A DNA stretch of 64,000 nt from an uncultured Methanobacteriaceae archaeon (GCA_963763925.1 CAVXQG010000003.1:114455-178454); one strand, 5' to 3'; shown: positions 45,605 to 57,122, numbered from the stretch's first letter. The notes: generated by a model not told the origin, from the sequence alone. Numbers and translations: made by a program.

Positions 45605-46903
45605 TTATAATTTCCTTTTATCAATAACCCTTACAGCTTTTCCCTGGCTTCTAGGTAAAGTTTTAGGTTCAATTAATGTTACTTTAACTCTTAAACCAAT
45701 CTCGTTGTGTATATAATTTTCTAACCTTAACCTGATACCAACAAGCTCCTTTATTTTATCCGAGAACAAATCTTCTGAAGCTTCGACTCTTACTTCCACT
45801 TCGTCCATTAAATGTGGTCGTGTTACAATTATTTGATAATGGGGTTCTAACCCGTCTATTCTTAAAAGTGCCTTCTCAATCTGTGAAGGGAATACAGATA
45901 CTCCTCTAATTTTAAGCATATCATCTGTACGACCAGTAATTCGCTCCATCTTGACCAAGTTTCTTCCACAGTCGCACTTACCTCTTTTAAGAACTGTGAT
46001 GTCTTTAGTTCTAAAACGAATTAATGGGGTTCCTTCACGTGTTAATGTTGTTAAAACTAACTCTCCCCTATTACCTTCGGGTAAGGTTTCAAGTGTGTCA
46101 GAATCAATTATTTCAGGATAGAAATGGTCCTCAAACAGATGTAGTCCCTCTTGTACACTGCATTCCAAGCCTACTCCGGGTCCCATTATTTCTGTGAGGC
46201 CATAAATATTATATGCTGGTGCGTTAAATCTTTTTTCAATTTGTTGGCGCATTTCTTCGGTCCACATCTCAGCACCAAAACCAATGGCTTTAAAACCCAG
46301 TTCCTTAATATCTACTCCCTCTTCTTCCAATTCTTCTGCAAGATAAAGACCGTAGGAGGGTGTGAAGATCATTACAGTAGTTCCAAAATCCTGCATAATC
46401 TCAATCTGTCGTTTTGTCTGTCCGGTTGATATTGGAATAACTGTGGCACCAATTTTTTGAGCTCCATAGTGCACTCCAAATCCACCAGTAAATAATCCGT
46501 AACCATGTGTATTCTGGATGATATCTTCATCTGTTACACCGGCCATTGATAAACCCCTTGCCATTACTTCGCTCCAGATTTCAATATCACCCCTTGTATA
46601 TCCTGATACTGTTGGTTTCCCTGTTGTTCCCGATGATGTGTGTACCTCTACTATTTGTTTTCTTGGCACTGCAAACATTTCAAATGGATATGCATCTCTA
46701 AGATCATCCTTGGTTGTGAATGGAAGTTTTTCAATGTCTTTAAGACTATTAATATCGTCTGGGGTGATGTTCAAATCATTAAAACGTTTACGATAATAAG
46801 GCACATTTTCATAAGCATTTTTAACGGCAGCTTTCAATCTTTCAAGCTGTAAAATTTCTCTATCATCATCAGACATGCATTCTGCTTCTTTATTCCAGAT
46901 CAT
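45605..46903 (-). CDS. paaK: Phenylacetate--CoA ligase (PaaK-like)
   Basis: [42 protein letters not shown]. Probable start at MIWNKE. Confidence 0.9.
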   Translation of the reverse strand: MIWNKEAECMSDDDREILQLERLKAAVKNAYENVPYYRKRFNDLNITPDDINSLKDIEKLPFTTKDDLRDAYPFEMFAVPRKQIVEVHTSSGTTGKPTVSGYTRGDIEIWSEVMARGLSMAGVTDEDIIQNTHGYGLFTGGFGVHYGAQKIGATVIPISTGQTKRQIEIMQDFGTTVMIFTPSYGLYLAEELEEEGVDIKELGFKAIGFGAEMWTEEMRQQIEKRFNAPAYNIYGLTEIMGPGVGLECSVQEGLHLFEDHFYPEIIDSDTLETLPEGNRGELVLTTLTREGTPLIRFRTKDITVLKRGKCDCGRNLVKMERITGRTDDMLKIRGVSVFPSQIEKALLRIDGLEPHYQIIVTRPHLMDEVEVRVEASEDLFSDKIKELVGIRLRLENYIHNEIGLRVKVTLIEPKTLPRSQGKAVRVIDKRKL

Positions 46904-47264
46904 TTTATCCCTCAGTATAAATGTCAAAATATTGTTGTACATTACATAATTAGAATGAATTCTATTATCAAAATATTCATGTTTAGTTTAATGGAATGAT
47001 TTATAAAAGTTGGCATATTTATTATGTTAAATTTATTTTTTTGTACATCTTTTAATTTCTATCTTTTTTTATGCATCTGATCGTGAAAGTGTTCAAAGTT
47101 ATTTATAAAAAGTTTTATACATCAATTATAAATTAGGTATAATATAATTAAAATTGGAAAATATTAGGTTCATTAACTGTATCATGGTACTTAAGAAGTG
47201 ATCTCTAGTATCAGATAACACAATATAGTAAAGATTTTAATAATTATAAAACTGGGAGGGGATT

Positions 47265-48872
47265 ATGTTGGATGTTTTTATGTTGAGTATTATTGCTTTG
47301 ATCTACCTCCTCATGGTGGGATATGTTGGTTACGTTGCTTGGAGACGTACCAAAAGTTCTTCAGACTATATGGTTGCCGGAAGAAACACCCACCCCTACA
47401 TTATGGCGTTGAGTTATGGGGCTACTTTCATAAGCACAGCAGCTATTGTGGGTTTTGGAGGAGTTGCAGCTAATTATGGATTCGGTATTTTATGGCTTGT
47501 ATTTTTGAATATTATTATAGGAATATTTATTGCATTCATATTCTTTGGAAAACGGACCAGGAAGATGGGACACAATTTAAATGCTCTTACTTTCCCTGAA
47601 TTTCTTTCACGCAGGTATAATAGTAAATTTATTCAATACTTTTCTGGTGGAGTAATATTTCTGGGAATGCCACTTTATGCTTCTGTTGTTCTAATTGGAA
47701 TGGCCCGTTTTGTTCAAACCACACTGGGAGTAGATTATAACTTTGCACTCATAGCAATGGCGTTAATAGTAGCTGTCTATGTGGTTTTCGGTGGTATAAG
47801 GGGTGTTATGTATACTGATGCACTTCAAGGAACAATTATGTTCATTGGAATGTTTATTCTATTAGGCACGGTCTATTGGATGTTTGGGGGAGTTATTAGC
47901 TCTAATTTAGCTCTTTCAAACCTTGTAAACATGGTACCACATAGTGCTACAGCTGCGGCGGTTACAACAGGGTTTACTGGGTGGACAACTATGCCTGCTC
48001 TGGGTAGCCCATTCTGGTGGACTCTGGTATCGAGTCTGATATTGGGTGTTGGAATAGGGGTGTTATCACAGCCACAGTTGATTGTGAGGTTTATGACTGT
48101 TAAATCCAACAGGGAACTCAACAGAGCAGTATTAATAGGTGGTGTTTTCATATTCATGATGACATTTGGTTCCTATGTTGTTGGTGCTATGTCAAATCTC
48201 TGGTTTTTCCAGCACACAGGCCAAACAGCAGTACAGGCAGCAGGTGGAAACCTTGACACTGTCATACCAACATTTATAGCTGCTGCAATGCCGATATGGT
48301 TCGCATACCTCTTTATGATCACTTTATTATCAGCTGCCATGTCAACCTTAAGTGCACAGTTCCATGTTCAAGGAACAGCCCTTGGAAGAGATATATATGA
48401 GACTGTTGCTAATAAAAAAGGCGGATCTTCAGTTATGGTTGCTAGAGCAGGTATAGTTGTTGCAGTGATAATTGCGGTGATACTTGGATTTATCCTTCCT
48501 GCAAGTATAATAGCTGTAGGAACTTCTATTTGGTTTGGGATAACTGCAGCTGCATTTCTTTCAATGTACACTGCAGCACTGTATTGGAAAAGAATTTCTA
48601 AGGAAGGTGCAATTGCTGGTCTTGTTGCAGGATCACTTACCAGTTTGTTCTGGCTGCTCTTTGGTTTCAAGAAATCTTCTAGTGCAGTAGGAATATGCCA
48701 AGCATTAACTGGTAAAGCTGTTATTATTACAACCCTTCCATGGCCATTAGTGGATCCAATCATTATAGCATTACCCATAGCGATTATAGCAACAATTGTG
48801 GTAACTTTATTAACAAAACCTCCTGAGAAAGAGTTTGTTGACAAAGTATTCAAGGGTGTGGGTGGTAAATAA
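47265..48872 (+). CDS. Sodium:solute symporter family transporter
   Basis: About 13 TMs, YMVAGR, YTDALQG, QPQL..RF, SAAMSTL. Confidence 0.93.
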   Translation: MLDVFMLSIIALIYLLMVGYVGYVAWRRTKSSSDYMVAGRNTHPYIMALSYGATFISTAAIVGFGGVAANYGFGILWLVFLNIIIGIFIAFIFFGKRTRKMGHNLNALTFPEFLSRRYNSKFIQYFSGGVIFLGMPLYASVVLIGMARFVQTTLGVDYNFALIAMALIVAVYVVFGGIRGVMYTDALQGTIMFIGMFILLGTVYWMFGGVISSNLALSNLVNMVPHSATAAAVTTGFTGWTTMPALGSPFWWTLVSSLILGVGIGVLSQPQLIVRFMTVKSNRELNRAVLIGGVFIFMMTFGSYVVGAMSNLWFFQHTGQTAVQAAGGNLDTVIPTFIAAAMPIWFAYLFMITLLSAAMSTLSAQFHVQGTALGRDIYETVANKKGGSSVMVARAGIVVAVIIAVILGFILPASIIAVGTSIWFGITAAAFLSMYTAALYWKRISKEGAIAGLVAGSLTSLFWLLFGFKKSSSAVGICQALTGKAVIITTLPWPLVDPIIIALPIAIIATIVVTLLTKPPEKEFVDKVFKGVGGK

Positions 48873-48916
48873 TACATCCATTAAAATCTTTTTATATTTT
48901 TTTTATAGGTATCGAC

Positions 48917-49738
48917 ATGAAGATCAAACAATTTCATAATAAAAATCAAATGAACTCGTGGTGGAATATATTTAAAAATCCTTGTCCCGTAACCATTGAG
49001 ACCTTTGTAACAGGAACAGTAACTATCAACCGTCGAGGCACAATAAATACAGAACATCCCGATGCGGGTAATGTTAAAGACGAAATAATGAATGTCCCTA
49101 TTAAAAATTATTTGGTCCGCCATAAAGAGTTAGGAGATTTTTTACTAGATGCTGGTTTAGATAAATTGTACACAGATGATCCTAAAGGCGGGATTAATGG
49201 TGATGTGGTCGATGAATTTTATCAGAATAGAAATACAAATATAAAATATCAGTTAGAAAGTAGAAAAATAAAACCAAGGGCAGTATATCTCAGCCATCTA
49301 CACCCAGATCATATTGCAGGTGTTCGTGAATTACCAAAAAACATCCCATATTTTATTGGAAAAGGGGAGTTAGAACAATATCAACCGGAAAAATCGGGCT
49401 ATTTTTTAAATGATGTTGAAACTATATATGAAATCGATTTTTCAAAATTTGATGAAATACCACCACTAGGTCGATGTGCCGATCTTTTGGGTGATGGATC
49501 GCTCTGGGCTATTTCAACTCCAGGACATTCAATTGGACATTGCTCCTATTTAGTAAATGGATTCAAGGGGCCGATATTACTTACTATGGATGCAAGTTTT
49601 ATAATAGACAATCTAAGGCTTAAAATAGCACCCAGTGATTATACATGGGATATTGATATGGCACAACATAGTTTAGACATGATACTAAAATTTTTGGAGG
49701 ATTACCCCGAAGTTAAAGTGATTTGTGGGCATGAATAA
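48917..49738 (+). CDS. Metallo-beta-lactamase-fold hydrolase (N-acyl-homoserine-lactonase-like)
   Basis: LLDAG, SHLHPDHIAG, DLLGDGS, TPGHSIGH, DA, GHE. Confidence 0.8.
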   Translation: MKIKQFHNKNQMNSWWNIFKNPCPVTIETFVTGTVTINRRGTINTEHPDAGNVKDEIMNVPIKNYLVRHKELGDFLLDAGLDKLYTDDPKGGINGDVVDEFYQNRNTNIKYQLESRKIKPRAVYLSHLHPDHIAGVRELPKNIPYFIGKGELEQYQPEKSGYFLNDVETIYEIDFSKFDEIPPLGRCADLLGDGSLWAISTPGHSIGHCSYLVNGFKGPILLTMDASFIIDNLRLKIAPSDYTWDIDMAQHSLDMILKFLEDYPEVKVICGHE

Positions 49739-50250
49739 ATATAATAAAAAAAATTTTAGAAGATTATAGGTAATTTTAAGGACAAAAAATAAATATCTCA
49801 ATTATAGAGTTTATTTTCCAATTTTATTATAATATTTTTGATTTCAAACTCCATCATTATCATCAAAATTTAATGGTAAAAATCATGCTCTTAGATATAC
49901 TAATTTTTTGATCATTAATCCAATCTTTCATAATTTTAAAGGTGTTTATAAATTTATTACAAATCCTTTTTGACATTTTTTTTGTAGATAATAACTTTTC
50001 ATTCATAGTTTCTAAATCAGAATATTTAATGAAGATTTTTCTTTCATCATTCCTTAATTGCCATACTTATTGTGAAGTTCTTGTCCACATTTGGATAACA
50101 TAGAATAATGTAATTGTTATATGACTTCAAGGGATGCTTTTAATGATTGGTTTGATGGCATTTTTGTTTCATCTATGAAAACATTTTCTACCAAATAATA
50201 ACTCTCCCCATCCCTCTAGTATCTATATACTAAAAAAAAAGGGTGTTATT

Positions 50251-50607
50251 TTATTTCTTTAATAAATCTAAAATCAATCTGGTCATGGCGGGTTCTATGT
50301 CTATGTCTACTCCAAGGTTAGGTCCTCCATCCATGTAAATATCTGTTAATATGAAGTCATCATTAATTTCTTTATTTCCAACAGCATCAAAGGTTCTGAT
50401 ATTGTAAATTTCATCCTCTCCATCTTCAAAGAAATCAACAACCTTATTCATGTCAGGTCCAACCACACGTAACATCAGCATCATATGTTTCTCTGTTGAA
50501 AAATGAAGATCTTTAACAAAACCTTCTGGCACTGTTAGATCGATGATTTTTCCATCTATTTCCTTTGTAAAAGTTATTGGTTTAGATACATATTCCAAAA
50601 TATTCAC
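50251..50607 (-). CDS. Hypothetical protein (118 aa)
   Basis: ORF with plausible globular composition. No motif recognised. Confidence 0.6.
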   Translation of the reverse strand: MNILEYVSKPITFTKEIDGKIIDLTVPEGFVKDLHFSTEKHMMLMLRVVGPDMNKVVDFFEDGEDEIYNIRTFDAVGNKEINDDFILTDIYMDGGPNLGVDIDIEPAMTRLILDLLKK

Positions 50608-50793
50608 CCCATTTTTTTTACCAATTTCATTTATGTTGTTTTTAGTTAATTAATTTAACAAATAGAATGACATATTATGAGATGTTTTTAAAGTGAGATT
50701 ATCATGCAATTCAAACAACAAAATTTATATTAAACTAATTGTATATATTACAACAGAATAGGGGTTTGTTGGATAAAATATGGAGGTTAATAT

Positions 50794-51276
50794 ATGCAAA
50801 AAATGGGCAGTGCAATAATCTTAATAATTCTTGGTTTAATTGTATTGGCATTCCCAATTTTAGGAGTTGTTCCTGCAGCTGTAATCACAGGATTTTTAGT
50901 CCTGATTCTAGGTATGGGTCTACTCTTTGGTGGAATTGCTGAAATGGGTGAAAGTGCGGGTCTTGGTATTCTTGAGATAATACTAGGTATCATCGCGTTA
51001 ATTCTCGGTATAGGTTTCATATTCAATCCTGCTTTATTCAGTTTCGTAGCAGGTGTAATAGTTTATTTAGTAGGTATATTCTTAATTATAGCAGGTATAA
51101 TGGGTATAGTTACTAAAGCAGGTAACAGCCGTTGGAACGGAGTTGTAGCTCTAATAATTGGTCTTTTATATATAATTGTTGGTGCAGCATTTGCAGCCAA
51201 TCCATTATATCTCGGAATACTAATTGGTCTATGGCTTTTAATCGTTGGAATAATGATGTTATTCCAGAGGGATTAA
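50794..51276 (+). CDS. HdeD/DUF308-family membrane protein
   Basis: Six Gly/Ile-rich TM segments in a repeated pattern. GGAGG RBS. Confidence 0.8.
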   Translation: MQKMGSAIILIILGLIVLAFPILGVVPAAVITGFLVLILGMGLLFGGIAEMGESAGLGILEIILGIIALILGIGFIFNPALFSFVAGVIVYLVGIFLIIAGIMGIVTKAGNSRWNGVVALIIGLLYIIVGAAFAANPLYLGILIGLWLLIVGIMMLFQRD

Positions 51277-51414
51277 AAAGGAAAAAAATCCAACAAACTC
51301 TTTTTTCTTTTTTTATATAAAATTTATTTTTTAGGAAATATTTTTTTATTTGACAAGCTAATCAGGATTGTTTTTAAAAAAATAGATATTATCCCATATG
51401 GAGGATGGATTGGT

Positions 51415-52356
51415 TTAATAATGAACCTGTCCAAATTTTATGCTAAGATTTCGTTCCATATTTGCCATTAAAACAGCTGTTGCAATAGAATTCAACTTTG
51501 ACTGTGATGTATCGGCACGTGATGTTAGTACTATGGGTGCGCTTGCACCAATAACCACCCCTGCAAGGTTACCACCTGTAAGATAAACATGGGCTTTACA
51601 CAACATGTTTCCTGCTTCGATGGTTGGTACAACTATTATATCGGCACGTCCTGCAACGGGTCCTCCTATTCCCTTATGTTCTGCAGCCCATGGACTGATT
51701 GCATTATCTAATGCAAGTGGACCATCAATGATCATGCCACTGAACTGTCCTCGTTGGCTCATCTTTGCAAGTACTGATGCATCGATTGTAGAAGGCATTT
51801 TAGGGTTTGCAAGTTCTATTGCAGTTGTAACAGCCACTTTTGGTTTGTCGATTTCGAATATATTTGCAAGGTATATTGAATTTAATATGATACTGCATTT
51901 GGTTTCAAGATCTGGAAATATGTTTACCGAACCATCTGTAATAAACAGAAGTCGTTTAAGCGCTGAGCTTTCAAGGACATAAACATGGCTCATTATCTTA
52001 CCTGTTCTGAGGCCCTTCTCCCTGTTTAAAACACCCCTTAAAAAATCGTCGGTGTTAACAAAACCTTTCATTAATATATCAGCTCTATTACTTTTAACAA
52101 GTTCTACAGCCATATCAACGGCTTTTAAATTGTTGGGTTCGTTATAAATCTTATTAGACTTAACATTTAAATCTGCTTCTTTGGATATATTTATGATCTT
52201 CTCTTTATCACCTACTAATATATAATCGGTGATATTCAGTTCTTCAGCCTTAATTACAGCATTTAAAACGGTTGAATCATGTGCAACCGCTACAGCTATC
52301 TGTTTTTTTGGATGTGATTTAATTCTTTCAAACACTTCGTCAAATTTGGTTATCAC
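51415..52356 (-). CDS. Phosphate butyryl/acetyltransferase (Ptb-like)
   Basis: ADILMKG, DGPLALDNAIS, GRADIIVVP.IEAGN, PIVLTSRAD. Confidence 0.85.
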   Translation of the reverse strand: MITKFDEVFERIKSHPKKQIAVAVAHDSTVLNAVIKAEELNITDYILVGDKEKIINISKEADLNVKSNKIYNEPNNLKAVDMAVELVKSNRADILMKGFVNTDDFLRGVLNREKGLRTGKIMSHVYVLESSALKRLLFITDGSVNIFPDLETKCSIILNSIYLANIFEIDKPKVAVTTAIELANPKMPSTIDASVLAKMSQRGQFSGMIIDGPLALDNAISPWAAEHKGIGGPVAGRADIIVVPTIEAGNMLCKAHVYLTGGNLAGVVIGASAPIVLTSRADTSQSKLNSIATAVLMANMERNLSIKFGQVHY

Positions 52357-52697
52357 ATTTTCAACTCCTAAAAACCTTAAACATGGATATATGATTATAT
52401 TAAGCTTGATATATTCCAGATATATATTGAATTTACTTTAAATATTAATCTAAAACTACTTAATTTTCATTATTGATTCTCAAAGTTTCTAAGTCCACTA
52501 CTTTGTTGTTGATATTATGGTGGTAATAATATTTTACAATTAAGATATAATGTATTTAATCATAAATCATGGGAAAAAGTATTTAATTGTATTTGAACCA
52601 CATTAAAAACTAATAGAAAGATTTATTAAAGATTTTAAAATGAACATCATTAATATATGACTGTTATAATATTTTTAGTATTGATGGAGGTTTGATT

Positions 52698-52904
52698 ATG
52701 GTATTGGGGATAAATAATCCATGGATTGCAGCCGCTTACATTGGTTGTATTTTTGCAATGCTTTTATGTGTGGTATATGGTGTTTTATACTGGAGCAAGG
52801 ATGGTGGTAATGAGAATGCACAGATTTCAGAAGAAGTATCATGGCACAAAAAAGAAAAGGATATGGAAGAGAAAGAACTAGGACTATGGGATGAGGAAGG
52901 ATAG
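52698..52904 (+). CDS. Small accessory membrane protein of sodium:solute symporters
   Basis: MVLGINNPWIAAAYIGCI..MLLCVVYGVLYW single-TM pattern. GGAGG RBS. Confidence 0.7.
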   Translation: MVLGINNPWIAAAYIGCIFAMLLCVVYGVLYWSKDGGNENAQISEEVSWHKKEKDMEEKELGLWDEEG

Positions 52905-53129
52905 TAATCTGATAATTGTGTATTATTAAATATTTAATGTAATATACAGTCCTCTTAACAGTTTCTACATCAATTTGAGGTGGAAACATTATAAGAGCTT
53001 TTACATCACTGTTATATTCATGTTAGAATAGTGTAGAGATCATACATGTATTCTGGCAGAATCTAAATTTCAATCAAATTACTGTTTTTAAAAAATTAAT
53101 TAATGATTTGTAATATAAATTATTATTTC

Positions 53130-55115
53130 TTAGTATAATTTGAATAGATCTATTATTCGATATGCTATTCCCCCTACAAAAAGGGCGGTTATAATGTTGG
53201 CTAAAGCTATTGATGCAGTTGCTTTCCATCCAAATTCACGAAACAAAATAGTTAAAGTTGCTAAACATGGGATAAACAGCATACTAACCAGTGCCAGTAT
53301 AATAAATTGTATTGGTGTTAAAATTGCTGCAAGGTTAGTACCGAATAACGCAACCAACATAAGAAGTGTAAATTCTTTTCTAACAGCACCAAATATAAGT
53401 ACTACACCTGCAATAACAGGAAGGCCTAACCAAACAACGGTTATGGGGGCTAAAAAATTAGCAACGGGTGTAAGCAATCCTATTGCGTATAAACCTTGTA
53501 TAAGTGCACTACCAATAATATATATTGGAAAAACAACGTAAATTAGTGATTTAGTTCGGGACCATGTTTGTTTAGCTGCAACTGATAATGATGGAACTTT
53601 AAATGTGTGCATTTCCATAATTAGCCCTGATGTTTCTCCTGGAACAACTTTTAAAGCAATCCTACCCAGCAGGAACATAACTGCAATATCAATTACATAC
53701 AGTGCCAAGGCCCACCATACACTGACAAATACAGCAACCAATCCTAATATTACGATGGTCCTTGCAGCACAAGGTGCGAATGTTATGGCAAAAGCTGCTA
53801 ATAAACGTTCACGTCTTGTTTCTAAAATTCGTGTGCTTTCAATTGCAGGTACATTACAACCATAACCCAGTATCATTGGAATTAATGCTTTTCCATGCAG
53901 ACCTATTTTGTGCATGGCACTATCCATCATAAAAGCTACACGTGTTAATATTCCTGAATTTTCAATTAAACTCAACATCAGATAAAACGGAATCACAAAG
54001 GGTAAAACAAGAGTAATACCAGCAACTATACCACCAAAGGCACCATTATATAAAATTGTTACTATTGATCCACTAATTTCAGGATCTACTGGATGAAAGA
54101 AACCAAATGCACTTGTAAGTAGATTAGAGAAGAAATCTCCAACAACAAATGTCCATAGAAGTAGCCCTCCGACAACGAGAGCAGATACGAAATAGCCAAG
54201 TATTCTATGGGTTACCAATTTATCCAATCGTTCTGAGAAAGTGATTTTTATATCGCTTTGTAACTGAGCTCCATGTGCAAATTGATTAGCAATAAAGTAT
54301 CTTTCAGAAGCAATAACAGCAAATGATGGTTCTTTGTGAATATCTTCTATTTCATTTGCAAGGTTATAAGCTTCACTTACCACATCTTTAGATTTAGATT
54401 CGACCAGTTTACGAATTTCAATATCATTTTCAAGTAATTTTATTGCGACCCATCGTGAGGGGTATCCTAGATCAAGATTTTTTGATTCAATGAGATTGTT
54501 TAATTTTTTTATACGGTTTTCTACTTCGGCACCATATTCAAGTGTTGTTGGCTTGTTTTTCTTTTTATTAACTGCAACTTGGGTTGCAACTTCCATTAAT
54601 TCGTGTAAACCTTCTCCTCTAATGGCCACAGTTGCAACAACAGGAACTCCTAATGCAGCTTCTAACTTTTCGATATCAATTATTATGCCTTTTTGTTTGG
54701 CTAAATCAATTTGGTTGACGCAGACAACCAATGGTACATTCATTTCCTTTAACTGTATGGTAAAAAATAGATTACGTTCCAGTACGGATGCATCAACCAC
54801 GTTTATTACAACATCTGGTTTTTCGAAGGCTATATATTCCCTTGAAACAATTTCTTCCATGGAATAAGTAGAAAAGGAGTATATTCCTGGTAGATCTATT
54901 ACATCAATGTCTTGGCCTTCGAAGTGAAGCTTTCCTTCTGCCCTCTCAACAGTTTTTCCTGGCCAGTTTCCAATTATCTGATTTGAACCGGTTAATTCGT
55001 TGAATACAACACTTTTACCAACATTGGCATTGCCCGCTAATGCAATTACTATATCTTTATGTTTTACATCTTGCCCGTTTGAATTTACTGTTTTGTTATT
55101 GGCGGCTTGATTCAT
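53130..55115 (-). CDS. feoB: Ferrous iron transporter FeoB
   Basis: [39 protein letters not shown]. Confidence 0.95.
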   Translation of the reverse strand: MNQAANNKTVNSNGQDVKHKDIVIALAGNANVGKSVVFNELTGSNQIIGNWPGKTVERAEGKLHFEGQDIDVIDLPGIYSFSTYSMEEIVSREYIAFEKPDVVINVVDASVLERNLFFTIQLKEMNVPLVVCVNQIDLAKQKGIIIDIEKLEAALGVPVVATVAIRGEGLHELMEVATQVAVNKKKNKPTTLEYGAEVENRIKKLNNLIESKNLDLGYPSRWVAIKLLENDIEIRKLVESKSKDVVSEAYNLANEIEDIHKEPSFAVIASERYFIANQFAHGAQLQSDIKITFSERLDKLVTHRILGYFVSALVVGGLLLWTFVVGDFFSNLLTSAFGFFHPVDPEISGSIVTILYNGAFGGIVAGITLVLPFVIPFYLMLSLIENSGILTRVAFMMDSAMHKIGLHGKALIPMILGYGCNVPAIESTRILETRRERLLAAFAITFAPCAARTIVILGLVAVFVSVWWALALYVIDIAVMFLLGRIALKVVPGETSGLIMEMHTFKVPSLSVAAKQTWSRTKSLIYVVFPIYIIGSALIQGLYAIGLLTPVANFLAPITVVWLGLPVIAGVVLIFGAVRKEFTLLMLVALFGTNLAAILTPIQFIILALVSMLFIPCLATLTILFREFGWKATASIALANIITALFVGGIAYRIIDLFKLY

Positions 55116-55146
55116 AAGAGTTATTCCTTTATTCTGGTTAAATTAT

Positions 55147-55872
55147 TCATTCAATCAATTCTACAAATACATTACATGCTATATCGCGTCCAATTGCAAG
55201 TTTTGAACCCCTTATTGCAACTTCTACAGGACCACTTAGGGGTGCAATTTTTATTACACTGATAGATGCCCCTATTGTTATTCCCATATCTAATAATCTT
55301 CTAATGACCTTATAATCTCCTCTAATAAATGATACTTTACCTTTTTGTTTGTCTAGGAGTTCCATTATAGGAATTAGATTTTCATTCCGTTTTCCAACTT
55401 CGTTTACTTCCTCTTCCTTTCTACTCATACATTCTTCACAGGTTGTAAATTTTAGATCACATGCTGGAATAACACGATCACCTGGGCATTTATCTGGATG
55501 TTCTAAAACTTGGCAAAGTGCCCTTTCGGCGTCATCTGATAGTGAATGTTCCATTTCACACGCTTGATCATGGAGTATATGATCTTTAAGTTTTAGAATA
55601 TCTCTTAGAAATCTTTCAAGGAGTCTGTGCTTTCTCGTAATTTTTTTAGCAATTTTAAGACCATCTTCTGTTAATTTAACGCCCTTATACTGGGAATAAT
55701 TTACGTAATCCATTTTATCAAGTTTTTTTAGCATTTCTGATACACTTGCAGGTGTTATTCCCAAATCCTTTGAGATTCTGGAGGTTTTAACAACTTTTTC
55801 GTTTTGACTGATTTTATATATTGCTTCTAAATATTCTTCGATATTTGCGCTAAGTTTTTCATTATTTGACAT
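55147..55872 (-). CDS. DtxR/MntR-family metal-dependent regulator with C-terminal FeoA domain
   Basis: [37 protein letters not shown]...AP..GP. Confidence 0.92.
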   Translation of the reverse strand: MSNNEKLSANIEEYLEAIYKISQNEKVVKTSRISKDLGITPASVSEMLKKLDKMDYVNYSQYKGVKLTEDGLKIAKKITRKHRLLERFLRDILKLKDHILHDQACEMEHSLSDDAERALCQVLEHPDKCPGDRVIPACDLKFTTCEECMSRKEEEVNEVGKRNENLIPIMELLDKQKGKVSFIRGDYKVIRRLLDMGITIGASISVIKIAPLSGPVEVAIRGSKLAIGRDIACNVFVELIE

Positions 55873-55887
55873 TTAGGCTCACCTAAA
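55872..55887. promoter_or_regulatory. Putative DtxR-family operator overlapping the RBS/start of the regulator
   Basis: Palindrome TTTAGG-CTCA-CCTAAA, similar to DtxR/IdeR-type boxes. Confidence 0.6.
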
Positions 55888-55928
55888 ATTATTCTATAAC
55901 TTTACTTAACCCTATAACTATATAAATG

Positions 55929-55942
55929 TTAGATTTGCCTAA
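55929..55942. promoter_or_regulatory. Second putative DtxR-family operator next to the TATA box
   Basis: TTAG-ATTTGC-CTAA has the same TTAG-N6-CTAA spacing. It lies immediately upstream of the minus-strand TTTATATA at about 55919-55926. Confidence 0.5.
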
Positions 55943-56550
55943 TAAAATAAAAATTTAAATCAACACTATAACAATTAAGAAAATTGGAAAATATTTTCTT
56001 ATTCTCTAAATATTACTAAATGAACCAGAGTAAACTGTTTAATGGTGAATTATTATTTATTTCATCTTGAAAATAAAATCAAATACGTTATATTATCATT
56101 ATATTTTCACATTGAAATGATAAATAATCCTTTACCAACTTGTCTCATATTAATCTATTGTATTGATTTAATTGTTCGAATTAATGTATATTGAATATAA
56201 TGACACTTTAACTGCATATTCTGAGGGGATATAGTACTGAACTAGTTTTTTGTTTTGTGATATATGCATCTTCCGACCTAGCATTTAATAAATGTGCAAC
56301 ATTATGATCCCATCAACCAAAAACTGGTTTAAAATTAGATCAATCTCTTTATGTTGTTGAATCATGTTAAACATAATATAAATATGACATAAATCTGGTG
56401 GATAATAATTGTTAAAAAAGTTTAAATTGATGTGGATAATCTTAATAAGTGTTCTTATAGCTTTTTCTTTTTAGAATAGAAACTTTAAGTATGATATTAA
56501 ACTTAAATACAATTAACCATATTTATAGATATAAGTCAATAGGTGAAACA

Positions 56551-56808
56551 ATGAGGATAATCGAAGAAATTATTGGAAAGGAAGTTCTTGATAGCTCTGC
56601 TATTGTAATTGGCAAGGTTAAAGATGTTGACGTAGACTTTGAAACTAAATCATTAGATTCCTTCATTCTAGGAAAAGGTGGAATTTCAGAAGGCCTTGGA
56701 CTTTCTAAAGGAGAAACAATAGTTCCCTACAACATGGTTAAGAAGATTGGAGACAAAATACTTCTCAACGAATTAATGAGCGAAAATGTTGTTGAAGAAG
56801 ATGAATAA
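56551..56808 (+). CDS. PRC-barrel domain protein (CdpB-like)
   Basis: IIGKEVLD....IGKVKDV.VD...IVPY.MVKKIGDKILL. ATG at 56551 after GGTGA. Confidence 0.85.
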   Translation: MRIIEEIIGKEVLDSSAIVIGKVKDVDVDFETKSLDSFILGKGGISEGLGLSKGETIVPYNMVKKIGDKILLNELMSENVVEEDE

Positions 56809-56904
56809 TTAATACATTTTATTTTTATAAAATTTCAGTCCATGCATCATCCCTCGAGATGATAAACATGGAATTAAATATCTTTTTTTTAGAAGGTGGA
56901 TAAC

Positions 56905-57069
56905 ATGGAATTAAATGGGATTTGTAGTTCATGTGGCAGACCCGGTAAGATGTACACCTGTAACTTATGCGGGAATATTGTATGTGGAAATTGTTATAAC
57001 ATACAGAAAGGTATTTGTCAATTATGTGAACGTGTTAAAACCAGAGAAACCATTAAAACACTCAAATAA
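56905..57069 (+). CDS. 54-aa Cys-rich zinc-binding microprotein (4x CxxC)
   Basis: Manual translation: MELNGICSSCGRPGKMYTCNLCGNIVCGNCYNIQKGICQLCERVKTRETIKTLK. GAAGGTGG RBS. Below the ORF-track cutoff. Confidence 0.75.
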   Translation: MELNGICSSCGRPGKMYTCNLCGNIVCGNCYNIQKGICQLCERVKTRETIKTLK

Positions 57070-57122
57070 ACATCTTAAAAATTAAGATAATTTAAATTAA
57101 CCTATCAATTAAATGTGATCCA

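Noticed and set aside
49840-50200. Protein-like fragments on the minus strand (LVENVFIDETK..., VWQLRNDERKIFIKYSDLE...)
   Set aside because: Multiple stops and frame changes and no recognisable family. Possibly a decayed gene, but not supportable.
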